Shown: piece by piece, positions 38,794 through 49,743 of the stretch | Layout of the letters: each line of letters opens with the position of its first letter | Numbering within the stretch: position 1 is the stretch's first letter | DNA from: Nemertoderma westbladi | Taxonomy: Eukaryota; Animalia; Xenacoelomorpha | Length of the DNA stretch: 49,743 bases | Assembly (NCBI GenBank): GCA_032718475.1 | Contig: JAUCBJ010000587.1 | Location: forward strand, 1 to 49,743 | Reading direction: 5' to 3' | Notes under the pieces: generated by a model | The model's input: the letters and a program-made list of their open reading frames with translations, nothing else | The model's database searches: none | Told to the model about the DNA's origin: nothing | Made by a program: the position numbers and the translations under genes

Positions 38794-39867
38794 TACGGTG
38801 GCCCATAACTGTCACAGGATATAAAAAGGAATGGCAGAAATTAAAAAGCCACGGCAGAAATTTAAAAGCCACGGCAGAAATTAAAGAAACTACGGCAGAA
38901 ATTAAAAAGCCACGGCAGAAATTAAAAAGCCACGGCAGAAATTAAAGAAACTACGGCAGAAATTAAAAAGCCACGGCAGAAATTAAAAAGCCACGGCATA
39001 AATTAAAGAAGCTACGGCAGAAATTAAAAAGCCACGGCAGAAATTAAAAAGCCACGGCAGAAATTAAAAAGCAACGGCAGAAATTAAAAAGCCACGGCAG
39101 AAATTAAAGAAGCTACGGCAGAAATTAAAAAGCCACGGCAGAAATTAAAAAGCCATGATTATTACAATACATTATAGCAAATATTTTTTCCTACCTATTT
39201 TTACCTTACCTTTACATTTCACCTATTTTTTCTAATTTTTTTACCTATTTTTTTTTATTATTTTTTTTACCTATTTTTTTACTGGCCGATAGCAATAGCT
39301 TGCAGTCGGCACTCATACTCATATAATCTAGCAATAGCAGTTGCTTTTCAATTTCTGCCGTGGCTTTTTAATTTCTGCCGTGGCTTTTTAATTTCTGCCG
39401 TAGCTTCTTTAATTTCTGCCGTAGCTTCTTTAATTTCTGCCGTGGCTTTTTAATTTCTGCCGTGGCTTTTTAATTTCTGCCGTGGCTTTTTAATTTCTGC
39501 GTAGCTTCTTTAATTTCTGCCGTGGCTTTTTAATTTCTGCCGTAGCTTCTTTAATTTCTGCCGTGCTTTTTAATTTCTGCCGTGGCTTTTTAATTTCTGC
39601 CGTAGCTTGCTTTAATTTCTGCCGTGGCTTCTTTAATTTCTGCCGTGTCTTTTTAATTTCTGCCGTGGCTTTTTAATTTCTGCCGTAGCTTCTTTAATTT
39701 CTGCCGTGGCTTTTTAATTTCTGCCGTAGCTTCTTTAATTTCTGCCGTGGCTTTTTAATTTCTGCCGTGGCTTCTTTAATTTCTGCCGTAGCTTCTTTAA
39801 TTTCTGCCGTGGCTTTTTAATTTCTGTCGTTCCTTTTTATATACTGTGACAGTTATGGGCCACCGTA
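38794..39867. mobile_element. Non-autonomous IS3EU-type DNA transposon with long repeat-built TIRs
   Basis: Termini TACGGTGGCCCATAACTGTCACAG / CTGTGACAGTTATGGGCCACCGTA; 6-bp TSD GGGATG (38788-38793, 39868-39873); empty site in copy 1 at 11113-11118; inverted arrays of 20/21-bp GGCAGAAATTAAAAAGCCAC. TAYGG termini with a 6-bp TSD fit IS3EU. Confidence 0.85.
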
Positions 39868-40949
39868 GGGATGCAATTTAATAGTAATTCTTTAATTGTC
39901 AATATCCCTCTTTATATATGATTTTATGAATTTTATCGGCTATTGACTATATATTGGAGATTCTCGCACACTAATACACTTAATAGGGTGAATCTCCGCT
40001 CCCATGATTTATTAATTAATGGAATTTTGGGAATGTTATAAATTGCACAAAATGACAATTTATTAAATTCATTAAAAAGATGAATTTAAATTTATTCCCG
40101 TAAATTTTATTATTTAAAGTTCGAATAGACACAATTTGATTCCAGAACATGTCTGGGAACTGGGATCCTTGATTGTAGGAAATTTGTCTTTTTAAGAGTA
40201 TCGGTAAGTGCTACGATATCTTAATCGACTAGAATTTTAAAGGATCTAAATTTTGACAGATTTTGTAAATATTAATAATTAATATTTAGGATGGGCACCG
40301 GTTTATTCCAGAACTTGTCTGGGGACGTTAACCACTGATTCTAAAATTATTGTCTTTCAAGTATATCGGTGGGTGCCGCGATATCTTAATCGACTAGAAT
40401 TACAGATGGTCAACGGGTTTAACAGGTTTATTTTGCGTTTTACGCTACTGTTAAAGGGACATCACGCTACTATATGTATTATTTAATATAAGGTATGAGA
40501 GCAATATCGCAAGAAGCAATGTTAGTGAGAAGAGGCAAGTCGTTTCCAAGGTCTACCCAGAGCTTGGTTTAGCCGAGACACGAGGATCTGAACTTTGCAT
40601 TCCTAATACTCTGCCTACCAATAATACTTAAATATAGTAGTGGCTTTATTGTACTTTAATAAGTACGGACATTTCATCTTACTGTAGTCACGCATTTATA
40701 ATATGATACGGACAGTAAGGAAAGAGAAAATAATTATTTCTCGCCGTCACACTAAATATATAATATACGTAATTAAGTAACAAACGCGAATATATATTGC
40801 ACTAATCTACTAAATAATCGCTAAAATAACATTCTACTAAATAAAATTAAAGAAAACGATTATAATAAAGTACATAATAATCCATACATAAATATAAAAA
40901 TAATAAAAATATATAAAATAATATAGTCACACACCCACTCCAGACGTTG

Positions 40950-42983
40950 TTACGTTGGGGAGCCCCTAGATGTTTGAGGGATTAGGGAGGTGGTCGTGGG
41001 AAGAGTATCTTGCCTTCCATAGTTTCCGGAGAGTTCTCGGTCACTTTCCAGTAAACATAAACGACCAACTGGGAGATTGATCTGCTGCATCTCGAAGACA
41101 ATTCCCGGTTTCTTAAAGTTACGTCGCATGACGACGAGTTCTACCGATCGCACTAAACCATCATCCGACAGATGGGTCTCGATGATACGACCTGTCTGCC
41201 ACCGCTTACGTGGAAGATCTGAGTCCACTATAAGTACCATGTCTCCGGCGCTGACGTTTTCTTGCTGCGCAAACCACTTGGTTCGAAGTTGTAGCATAGG
41301 CAGATAATGTTTTTCGAAATGGTCAGCGAAACGACAAGATAACAACTGCATTAGTTGCCAAGTTTGACAGCAGTATTCGTCTCCGTCCGTGATTTCCGAT
41401 CATGGGAGCATGGCTACAGGTTTCTTTAGTAGGAAGTGCGCGGGTGTTAGCGCTTCCAGGGAATTGGGACTTGCTGAGACTGGCATAAGCGGTCTCTCGT
41501 TGAGATAGGCGGCGATTTCCTCCATTAACGTCCGCAAAAGTTCGTCGGTGAGATACGCGCGGCACGGCACTATAAAGTGAAATGCGGTCTTCACGCTTCT
41601 GATTAATCTCTCCCAACTTCCTCCCCACCAAGGGGCGTCGGCGGCGTTGAAGGTCCAGCTAGACGCTGTCACCCTTAGCTGATCGTCCACCTGTCTTTGG
41701 TTCCAATCTTTGACGTAAGCCTTAATTTCATTGTTGGCACCAATGAAGTTCATTCCCTTATCCGATCTCATCGTATTACTAGTTCCAAAGCAAGCGATCT
41801 GTCGGCGTAAGCTCAGTATGAAGCTGTTGGTAGATAGATCGTTCACCATATCGAGATGGATAGCTCTACAAGTCATACAGACAAAGATGACACACCATCT
41901 CTTGACTATAGTCCTAGCACGATATACTTCAATAGGGCCAAATAAATCCACACCGGTATTAGTAAAGGGTGGTTCATAGAAGCTTACTCGTTCCCTAGGT
42001 AATTCTGCCTCTCGCTGTGTTAAAGGCCTACTGAATGCTTTCCTACAGGGTATGCAGTTCCTAAGAACTTGGTTCAGAGCTCTACGGGGTTTATGAAAAT
42101 AATAGCGAGTTCGAATTTCGCTAAGAACTCGTTCTCTACCAGCATGGTAAAGCCTACTGTGAACATCTACAATCATCTTGATTTGTATTTCAAGATTTCT
42201 AATGAGTATGGGAAACTCAGTGTCAAAGGATAATGGAGCATTAGTTAGTCTCCCTCCAACACGTATTAACCCATCTATCATAGTGCTAGAGAAAAGATCC
42301 CTTAAGCACATCTGTGGATTTCTCAACAACAGGAAATACTTATCGGAATCCTCATAGCATTGCAGGAGTCTCAGTATCTGCTTATTGGTTTCTTCATGCT
42401 CCTGGTAACTGATCTTCTCCGTCAGAAACCGTTCCGATACCTTGTATTTGGGAAGATCTTTAATAGCATGGACCTGCGCAGATGTCAGTGGAGCGGTATC
42501 ACTAGCGATCTTCTTTCTGGAGTAGTGATAATGAAAACATTGTTTCAAATATGCAACGGCCTTACAGAGCCAATTCCAGGACTGCAGGAGCTGTAGTGAT
42601 GTATCGCTATCTGCAGGAGGGGTGAGAGTCCCTGCGAGACGTCTGGTGTTCCAGATTTCCAGTCTCTCTCTCTAATCTCCACAACAGACTTATTTGTGGC
42701 GGGAAATTTTGGATCCAAAACGTCGTCTCCGGAAATGTGTAATACAGACAGATCTACTATAGGTTTAAATAACTTCGATTTACTCGCCCGGGTTTTAGGT
42801 TTGACTTTCTCCGCTCCCTTGGCTTGTCTAATCTCAGCCGTGGTAAGATGAGGAGGCCATTCATCCTCTTCCTTGCTTAGGAAGTCGGGTCCACCTAACC
42901 AGTATGGAGTATCTATCAGTTCTTGCGGAGTTGCTCCTCTGGAGGCGATGTCGGCTGGATTAATCGTCCCAGGGCAATGTCTC
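40950..42983 (-). pseudogene. pol: pol remnant (end of RNase H + integrase) of BEL/Pao copy 2
   Basis: ORFs 41400-42548 and 40950-41351 closely match copy 1; CGA>TGA stop at about 41400; indel near 42585. Confidence 0.93.
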
Positions 42984-44097
42984 GGCAGACTGTTGTGTCT
43001 GGGAGACTATCTGACAGAGTTTGCTTTTTGTCAGTTATGTTTGATTATACAGTTGAATGCCTACTACTATAACGACAGTTAAAGCAAGTCTAGTAATTCA
43101 GTATCAACTGTAAGCCTAGTGATCAATTACCGATACTGCTACTCAATGTAACACAATATACTGATATATACAATATTAGAATACCGGTATACACTTATAA
43201 GATATATATAAGTATTATTACAAACTAGGTTTAGTCACAGAATACCGGTATAATTTCAGCCTAAATTTATATAAATATAATAATAAGCCTACCTTAAATA
43301 CCGGTAATGTCAATTATTTAGAATAACCGAATTTCTGAATTTAAAGGGTTACTTTACGTTACTTTATTACCGTTGTTTAAGCAGTGGTCCAACTGATATT
43401 AAGACCTAATTGATGGATGACAGGCCTACTATTTTATAAATCGGTTCGAGTTGATTTATAATATATTTATACCCGTACAATGGGTTTTTGTCAATAGGCC
43501 TATTTGAAATAAATGTTATTATTTCAGGTTAAGGGGGTCACTACTAGGGTTCAACAGAAGGCACTTTATAGGGCCGAACCGAACCGAACCGAAGCAGGGC
43601 CAACTTCGGGCCGAACCGAACCGAATCCGAACCGAAGTTCAGAAAGTTAGCAAGTTATGGTCATAAATTCGTATTTACGTCACTATACTGGCTGACTGGC
43701 AGTGGCAGACTGGTACCTATTTGGTCTGCGGACTTAGCGAGAAAGCTATGATTAATTAAAAAAATAAATACTACAAAATAAAATGGCAATATTTACATTA
43801 CTGTACATTACTAACCTAAACTACTGTATACTTTACTGTATGCATGCACTTACTGTATGCACCAAATTTCACCCGTAGTAAGCCGTACAGTATAGTGACA
43901 TCAAATTTAGAAAACCTCACTAAAAGTACAGGTACCGGTAGTCTTTGTAATACTATTTATATGAGGTAGGCTAGTAGGTATATTTAGTAGGCTAATTTTG
44001 AAACTACCCAAGTAACCTGGAAACAATTAAAAAAAATAATGAATTTAAATGCTGGAAGTTCAGTCCAAAATTAAGGCAGTAAGGGTGTAAACGTTAA

Positions 44098-44356
44098 GCA
44101 GACAGTGGTGCAGACACCTGGTGCGCGTGCGGCCAGTGGTGCAGACACTAACTGGTGCAGACAGTGGTGCAGACACTGGTGCAGACAGTGGTGCAGACAC
44201 TGGTGCATACAGTGGTGCAGACACTGGTGGAGACAGTGGAGCAGACACCTGGTGCGGACAGTGGTGCAGACAGTGGAACAGACAGTGGTGCATACAGTGG
44301 TGCAGACACTGGTGCAGACAGTGATGCAGACACTGGTGCAGACAGTGGTGCAGACA
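44098..44356 (+). repeat. 12-bp minisatellite (GACAGTGGTGCA/GACACTGGTGCA)
   Basis: About 20 tandem units. Confidence 0.9.
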
Positions 44357-44806
44357 CGGACACAGACAAAATCAAAAAGAGGTGTGTACGAAAGTAATTA
44401 ATCGGTATTCCCTTTTTCATATAAACAATAATGTCTATAAATTGTAAGCAGCAATGTCTCCAAGGAATGAGGTTTAAGCGACAGTGTTTATTGTTTTTAC
44501 ATGAATAACTACTTTATACAGAGTATGTTTAATTTGTTTACCTTTACTGGAGCCACTGCTTATTACTGTATAATAAAACGAGCTCATTAAGATATAGTCT
44601 CATGCTGGGGATATACATTCACTAACTAACTACAGTAAGGTCTCAGGAATTCTTAGCCCGCGAGTATTCTTAGCCTGTGTGTATTCTTGGCCCTTGGGTA
44701 TTCTTAGCCCGCAAAACAATAACGTTTATTGTTTTGGTTCCCCCAATACTCCTCTGAAACCTGCTCCTTTACTAAACTGCTCCTTTACTAACCTGCTCGC
44801 CCCTTT

Positions 44807-45336
44807 ACTGTCTGCACCAGTGTCTGCACCACTGTCTGCACCAGTGTCTGCACCACTGTCTGCACCAGTGTCTGCAATACTGTCTGCACCACTCAGCCAC
44901 TGTCTGCACCAGGTGTCTGCACCACTGTCTGCTCCACTGTCCGCACCAGTGTCTACACCACTGTCTGCACCAGTGTCTGCACCACTGTCTGCACCACTGT
45001 ATGCACCAGTGTCTGCACCACTCTGCCACTGCCTGCACCACTGCCTGCACCACTGTCTGCACCACTGCCTGCACCACTGTCTGCACCACTGTTTGCACCA
45101 GTGTCTGCACCACTGATGCACAACTGTCTGCACCAGGTGTGTGCACCACTATCTTCACCAGTGTCTGCACCAGTATCTGCACCACTGTCTGCACCACTGT
45201 CTGCACCAATGTCTGCACCACTGTCTGCACCAGTGCGTGCACCACTGTCTGCACCAGGTGTCTGCACCACTGTCTGCATCACTGTCTGCTCTGCACCAGT
45301 GTCTGCTCTGCCTGCACCAGTGTCTGCTCTGCACCA
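44807..45336 (-). repeat. Same 12-bp minisatellite in inverted orientation (TGCACCACTGTC)
   Basis: About 40 units; the outer flanks are also inverted repeats (AAACGTTAAGCAG / CTGCTTAACGTTT). Confidence 0.9.
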
Positions 45337-45881
45337 GTACCTGCTTAACGTTTTCACTCCAAAATTAATTAGTACAATCATGACAGATTGATTAGTCTTA
45401 CTGTCTTCTGGTCTTAGTTCAATCAGTCAATGTAATACCGGTACTTGGAATATTTAGCAAAGTTTGCTCCGGGCTTCTGCAGTATCAATTGCAGAAGCCG
45501 AACCGAACCGAAATTGCCAAACTTCGGCCCGAACCGAACCGAAGCCGAAGCTTCTGTTGAACCCTACTCAGCATTATATGCCGATTATAGGTTATCATAT
45601 AGCTTATTATTCTCGTATACCCATTCTTGAAGTAAGACCGATTATCAGATTATCAATATCATCAACCTTCTACAGTATATTTATTCTGTCGGTATTCATA
45701 AGTCAGGTAGTTTCCATTAGCTTAAAGTGGGACAACAGCTGCGGCTGCGCGAAAGGACAATATCTGCTGGCAGATTTGGTCCTAGCTAGGGGGCAATGGG
45801 ACAAGGGGGTCAAAATACGTGGGGATACATTTCCTCCTGTCACACTCACAAAGGAACTGTAGGCCTTTCTTTTTCTTTAAA

Positions 45882-46000
45882 GGCAATGGCACCTAACGCT
45901 CTTTGGGACCAGTACAAAACAAAGAGGTAAAGTCGCGTTACAACCCAAAGAGCGTTACGACCCAAAGAGCGTTAGGTCCCAAAGACGTTAGGCCATTGCC
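45882..46000. mobile_element. 119-bp MITE
   Basis: Imperfect TIR GGCAATGGCACCTAACGCTCTTTGGGACC / GGTCCCAAAGACGTTAGGCCATTGCC; internal 17-bp repeats; flanks CTTTAAA / ATTTAAA. Confidence 0.7.
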
Positions 46001-46670
46001 ATTTAAAGGAGCAGTTTAGTAAAGGAGCAGTTTAGTAAAGGAGCAGGTTACAGGAGGCGTGTTGGGCGAACCAAAACGATAAACGAAAATTAACACATGT
46101 GTTTTGTACGGGTCTTTATTTTGTTTTTCTTTATCGTTATTTGTTTTGTAGTCACCCTCCAATAGATGGATATTATTACGTTGATAAAACGACGGCCGTT
46201 GGGGACCATCGTAACTACAATACATTGATAATTGGTTCCATGATAGATAAATTGGCGCCAACTACTAGCGAGTTATTGTTAGACAACCTCTGTTACGATT
46301 TTCTACAGTGACGAGGCCGCAAACCTTCTATTGTAAAGTTACAGTATTTTTGTATTCCATGAATCAATCTCATAGAGTTACCCACCGATGTTGGTAGGGA
46401 TAGAGGCCCCATGTTCTTAGTAGCTACCGGCGTATCTGTTATATCTATTGTATTTGGATCTAATTGGTACCGAATTCTATATCCACGTCCACTTATAAGG
46501 CGCCTAAGTTCCCCTAAGTACTGTAGCTGCTGCATTCAGTATTACAGTCAGCCAAACCCAGAAAGTATTAAAGGCCCAACTGACCTGATGGTTGTGTCAT
46601 TAATTTCAATTATATTGGTAATATATAGACTGTCACATTTATACATCAGTTAGTCCGAATTGTATTAAAT

Positions 46671-48410
46671 ATGTATTCGAATACTTTGAGTGACGCTGCT
46701 TGGGATTTACTGGATCGTATCATGGCAGATGAAAGTGATTCTCAGTCCGGTGATGAGGAACAAGAGAACTGCGTCGCTCCACCAACTGTTAATAAAGAAA
46801 TCAACACAAACAGCGGTATAAACGTTATCAGTTTTAAATCAGAAGCGGAACCTATTTGCGGTACTTCCGAAGATAAATCACGAAAGATCAAACAAGAGTT
46901 CTGTACAGATGAACAATATTCTAATAATCACATCGACAACACAAACAGCGGTATAAATGTTATCAGTTTTAAATCGGAATCTATTTGCGGTACTTCCCAA
47001 GATAAATCTCGTGTTGTAAGAGAAGATTTATCTACTGAGAAACTATCTGCTTGTAAAGTTATTGCTAAATCCGTTCTCAAGGGTAAGCGATTTAATCGTA
47101 AAGTAAATTTAAAGAATCCCAAAAAATCATTGCATAAAGGTATCAAGTATAATTTTGGGTCTTGTGACAAACAATTTACTCACAAAGGACATATGAGGAA
47201 CCACATGAAAACAGTGCATAAAGGCATCAAGTATAATTGCGGTTCTTGTGACGAAGAATTTAGTAGAAAAGGATATCTGAAGGAAGACATAGAATCAGTA
47301 CATAAAGGTATCGAGTCTAAATGTGTTTATTGTGACAAACAATTTACTAACAAAGGATATCTGAAGATACACATAGAATCACTACATAAAGGTATCAAGT
47401 ATAAATGCGGTTCTTGTGACAAACAATTTGGTGACAAACGGAGTCTAAAGAGACACATGGAATTAATTCATAAAGGTATCAAGTATAATTGCGGTTCTTG
47501 TGACAAACGATTTACTGGCAAAGGATATCTGAAGAAACACATGGGATCAGTACATAAAGGTATCAAGTATAATTGCGGTTCTTGTGACAAACGATTTAAT
47601 GACAAACAGATACTAAAGAGACACATACAATCAGTACATAAAGGTATCAAGTATAATTGCGGTTCTTGTGACAAACGATTTAATGACAAACAGATACTAA
47701 AGAGACACATGGAATCAGTACATAAAGGCATCAAGTATAAATGCGGTTCTTGTGAAAAACGATTTAGTAACAAAGGAGGCCTAAAGAGACACATGGAATC
47801 AGTACATAAAGGCATCAAGTATAAATGCGGTTCTTGTGAAAAACGATTTAGTGACAAAGGATATCTGAAGATACACATAGAATCAGTACACAAAGGCATC
47901 AAGTATAAATGCGATTCTTGTGACAAACAATTTGGTGACAGACGGAGTCTAAAGAGACACATGGAATTAATTCATAAAGGTATCAAGTATAAATGCGGTT
48001 CTTGTGACAAACAATTTACTACAAAAGTACATCTGAAGATACACGTAGAATCAGTACATAAAGGGATCAAGTATAAATGCGATTCTTGTGACAAACAATT
48101 TGGTAACAAACGGAGTCTAAAGAGACACATGGAATTAATTCATAAAGGTATCAAGTGTAAATGTGGTTCCTGTGACAAACAATTTACTGACAAAGGATAT
48201 CTGAAGAAACACATGGAATCAGTACATAAAGGTATCAAGTATAATTGCGGTTCTTGTGACAAACGATTTAATGACAAACAGATACTAAAGAGACACATGG
48301 AATCAGTACATAAAGGTATCAAGTATAAATGCGGTTACTGTGACAAACAATTTAGTGAAAAGGGATATCTGAAGAAACACATAGAATCAGTTCACAAAGA
48401 CACCAATTAA
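46671..48410 (+). CDS. Tandem C2H2 zinc-finger protein, 579 aa, 15 fingers (13 canonical, first two degenerate)
   Basis: Uninterrupted ORF; 28-aa repeats C-x2-C-x12-H-x4-H with HKGIKY linkers from about 47148 to 48395; acidic N-terminus with a duplicated NTNSGINVISFKSE..ICGTS.DKSR segment. Upstream exons cannot be excluded. Confidence 0.88.
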   Translation: MYSNTLSDAAWDLLDRIMADESDSQSGDEEQENCVAPPTVNKEINTNSGINVISFKSEAEPICGTSEDKSRKIKQEFCTDEQYSNNHIDNTNSGINVISFKSESICGTSQDKSRVVREDLSTEKLSACKVIAKSVLKGKRFNRKVNLKNPKKSLHKGIKYNFGSCDKQFTHKGHMRNHMKTVHKGIKYNCGSCDEEFSRKGYLKEDIESVHKGIESKCVYCDKQFTNKGYLKIHIESLHKGIKYKCGSCDKQFGDKRSLKRHMELIHKGIKYNCGSCDKRFTGKGYLKKHMGSVHKGIKYNCGSCDKRFNDKQILKRHIQSVHKGIKYNCGSCDKRFNDKQILKRHMESVHKGIKYKCGSCEKRFSNKGGLKRHMESVHKGIKYKCGSCEKRFSDKGYLKIHIESVHKGIKYKCDSCDKQFGDRRSLKRHMELIHKGIKYKCGSCDKQFTTKVHLKIHVESVHKGIKYKCDSCDKQFGNKRSLKRHMELIHKGIKCKCGSCDKQFTDKGYLKKHMESVHKGIKYNCGSCDKRFNDKQILKRHMESVHKGIKYKCGYCDKQFSEKGYLKKHIESVHKDTN

Positions 48411-49743
48411 GACTCCTGGTGGTGGAATCTGTAAATTAAATTACCGACTTCAATCCCGTTGTATAAAGAGAAACTCATAAACTGCGGTACAGCTGTCTGT
48501 CTGTTCATCCCCTTACAAACAACTATATGTGCACTTTGTTATCTTAAACTGAAAGTGTTGATGTTGAGTTTACATTAATGATATATAATTTTAACTATAT
48601 CATATAATTATTTCACCATGGCTCGTGAAATAATTATTAACGAATCAGACCCCAGACAGATATTTTGCGCGGGAAGGTTTTAACTTTTAAGTAAATTTTC
48701 CCGGAATAACATTTTTCATTTTCAAATAAATAATCATCCGCTATTTTTCACCAAATTTCATTAATTCAGCTCATTGGAACTGGTTTCGACAGTTCTTTAA
48801 ATGTAGGCCTATCTTATGAAATTTTGATAAATATTTGCACTTTTGTGTAATTTATTTTAAATAAAACGTTAATAAATTAATTAAAATTCAAATGGCAAAT
48901 TAAAAGTTATATATAAGATAAATTTATAGATAAATTATAAGGGGGGGGGGGGGGGTGGGGGGGGGGGGGTTATACCATTTTCGGACAACTCTTTTATTTA
49001 TCACTCTCACCGTTTCAAAATTGTTTGATTATGGCTATAATATGGAATATAGGTACCTAAGATGCTATTCTACATGGCAGGTCAGAAAAATTTTATTTTT
49101 CGCAATTTAATATTAGTTAATAATAGTAAACAATAAAAAAAACTTCGTTGTGATTAAAATCTTAAGGCTTTTACAGTTTTGAATCTAATCACATGAAAGT
49201 TTTTTTATACTGTATGATAGATCAAAGATGGGGCAACATAACTATCAGGCGAAATTTTGTGAAAATAATTCTGCACCGCTAGGTGGCGCTGCAAATTTAT
49301 GCTATCTTTTAGGTTTGTTCTAAACTTCTAAATAGTATTAAATTTTATTAACAAAAATTTCGAAAAATTGTCTGATACTTTTATGCAGGGTGGCTATGTA
49401 GAGACCCACAGAAATGTTCAGACTAAAGGTTGCTGAAAAATTGTAGAAGTACATGGATTTTGAAATTACCAATTTCATAAAAAAAATATTGGAGATAATC
49501 GACCTTTCATTATACATAGTAATTGTAATTTATTTTTTTTGTTATTGTTATTGTTATAGTAAATTAGATATAGGAAGTACATCGTTGTAGAAAACGTTTG
49601 TGGCCAATTAAAAGAAACATTATACAAACAAACAACAACAATAGGCCTAGTAATTTCAATAGTTCACCCTAAATGGAAATTGTTATAACTTGAAAACTAA
49701 AAGAGTCATTAAATAGCGGTTTTCAGATTAGGAAACACCCTTT

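Larger units (their letters stand above)
38316..43259 (-). mobile_element. BEL/Pao copy 2, inverted, 5'-truncated, with an internal deletion of about 6 kb
   Basis: Reverse complement matches copy 1 at about 1823-2058, joined directly to 8051-11566 (junction near 42983); the gag ATG reads ATA here. Confidence 0.93.
43545..45566. mobile_element. Non-autonomous hAT-like element
   Basis: Perfect 16-bp TIR TAGGGTTCAACAGAAG / CTTCTGTTGAACCCTA; subterminal CCGAA repeats at both ends; no matching 8-bp TSD (GTCACTAC versus CTCAGCAT). Confidence 0.65.

Noticed and set aside
44060-45391. Many overlapping ORFs (SAPLSAPV, WCRQ, GADS repeats)
   Set aside because: Open frames produced by a stop-free 12-bp minisatellite.
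46100-46653. Short ORFs upstream of the ZF gene
   Set aside because: 70-81 aa on both strands with no recognisable motif or splice evidence.
48640-49743. Possible Tc1/mariner-like MITE end (GGAAACACCCTTT) and poly-G run at about 48941-48969
   Set aside because: No partner TIR or TSD visible in the window; homopolymer runs (also poly-C at 664-684) are uninformative and error-prone.

Overview
AT-rich eukaryotic (probably invertebrate animal) DNA, almost entirely nested transposable elements and tandem repeats, with one apparently intact host-type gene. In order: (1) a decayed BEL/Pao LTR retrotransposon (gag-PR-RT-RH-IN, 2006-10075) followed by a 1.5 kb non-coding block, an unidentified fragmented ORF region (11666-13025), a PPT and a 1.2 kb LTR (13103-14318); (2) a roughly 8 kb composite of two 146-bp tandem arrays, an RTE-type LINE 3' remnant and recurring TGCAGCCATAAG hairpin motifs; (3) a 5'-truncated Penelope-like element with an inverted pseudo-LTR carrying a variant hammerhead ribozyme; (4) two abutting perfect palindromes at 26213-26350; (5) a solo LTR with a CACAC TSD (29481-30718); (6) a minus-strand PHD-APE-RT LINE pseudogene next to a 3.1 kb 47/48-bp satellite; (7) an inverted, internally deleted second BEL/Pao copy interrupted by an IS3EU-type MITE (6-bp TSD); (8) a hAT-like element and other MITEs; (9) an uninterrupted ORF with 15 minisatellite-like C2H2 zinc fingers (46671-48410). 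All alignments and counts were done by eye; no database searches were run.
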